From Gnetum montanum (Eukaryota; Plantae; Gnetophyta): DNA of 64,000 nt. The stretch's first letter is position 1. The number at the start of each line of letters is the position of its first letter. The notes under the pieces are model-generated. The model was not told the origin of the DNA, did no database searches, and saw only the letters and a list, made by a program, of their open reading frames with translations. The stretch spans positions 373,213 to 437,212 of the forward strand of contig MNCI01000286.1 of NCBI GenBank assembly GCA_015680685.1. Reading direction: 5' to 3'. This document shows positions 62,941 through 64,000 of this stretch, one piece after another. A program made the translations under genes and the position numbers.

Positions 62941-63701
62941 TGTCAGAAGCATATTGTTTAACTATTTAGCTATATGTAGCTCAATATATATAGTACAATT
63001 AAAACTCTTGATTTGAAAGCTCTAACTCATGGGTTTGATCCTAGTGAGCAATGTTGAGTTATAAAGTTATAATTGAATTATATATCTCTTAAAAATTGTG
63101 TACTTTTAGAAAAAATAGATGATCTTAAATAATACATTTAATTTAAAATCTTCTGCTAGCATAGTTGTGCTTTCCTTGTTATCTGCTATTTTGCTCCTAG
63201 AAATTCTACATTGTATCATACTATAGAGTTGTCTTGTAATTGTCCTTTCTAATTCATAAGGAGAGACATCCATAAATTTTCAATAAAAGGCTCAATGTTT
63301 ATTTGTAGAGATTTTAATGTAAGGATAGATTCATATCAAATAAAAATTATTTAGTGGCAACATGATGTTAACAATTTAGACATTGTTAAAGATTATAGCT
63401 TGGTACAACATTGTGCAAATGACATTCTTTATAAGATGGATCAATAAAGGCCTTACTAGATTTCCTCAATCTTCCTCATTTACATTCACAATGGCTATAT
63501 ATGTCTTGATATTCTCATGAAGACATTAAATTTATTTAGCAGTTCAAGGTTGAAGTGGGATTGGTGGAATCTTCAAATTATCATTTAGAGTTTATGACAC
63601 AAATTAAAAGTTCTTCTCAAATAACAAAAAATAACAATAAAAAAACATTTTAGTATAGAGTCAAGGAAATATGTACAAATGCAACACATAATAAATGTAA
63701 T

Positions 63702-64000
63702 TGATGGGACGCGATATTGCATATGTGATATCGCTGCCTTTGCGATATCGCATCCCTCGCGATATCGCATACGTGATATCGCATCCTCCCCCGTGATATT
63801 GCGTACGCAATATCGTAGTGCGCCGTCATATCTATAAATAAGAGGAGGCTCTCCCTTGTTTCCTCATCCTAGGCTAGACAGTAGGGAAACTCTGGCACAT
63901 TGATCACTCCAGAGATAGAATATTTTCCATGTGCCCGAAGTAGGAGTCCTAAAGTGAACGGATCTTTATTCGAGCAAACATTGTACCTGAACACAAGTTT
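63702..64000 (+). repeat. Start of a young LTR (TGAT..., GCGATATCGC repeats, TATAAATA at 63833)
   Basis: Abrupt CpG-rich block with the same layout as element B's LTR; runs off the window. Confidence 0.6.

Overview
AT-rich, CpG/CHG-depleted plant heterochromatin made almost entirely of nested, decayed retrotransposons; no intact host gene is evident. Left to right: (1) 3' end of a chromovirus-type Ty3/gypsy element (1-~1500). (2) A + strand Athila-like element A (pol ~2140-24740, extra ORF ~26960-56400, probable PPT 56547-56555), split by two insertions. (3) Tat/Ogre-like element T1 (2833-22229, - strand, TSD AATTC) inside A's RT. (4) A pol-less Athila-like element B (27535-55976, TSD TTTGT) inside A's extra ORF. 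(5) A second Tat/Ogre-like element T2 (31190-51685, - strand, TSD AGGTT) inside B. (6) A truncated L1 LINE (57730-~61510), a gene-like fragment, and two more LTR ends. The most striking observation is shared by T1 and T2. Gag-protease and RT-RH-aRH-INT are separated by a 6.4-7.3 kb inferred Ogre-type intron. This intron carries an antisense gene of at least 7 exons with phase-consistent splice sites, encoding roughly 1000 aa. The protein has an N-terminal FCP1/SCP (NIF, HAD-family) phosphatase-like domain lacking its catalytic aspartates, followed by a PMD-like plant mobile domain. All coordinates and domain calls come from manual reading; no database searches were run.
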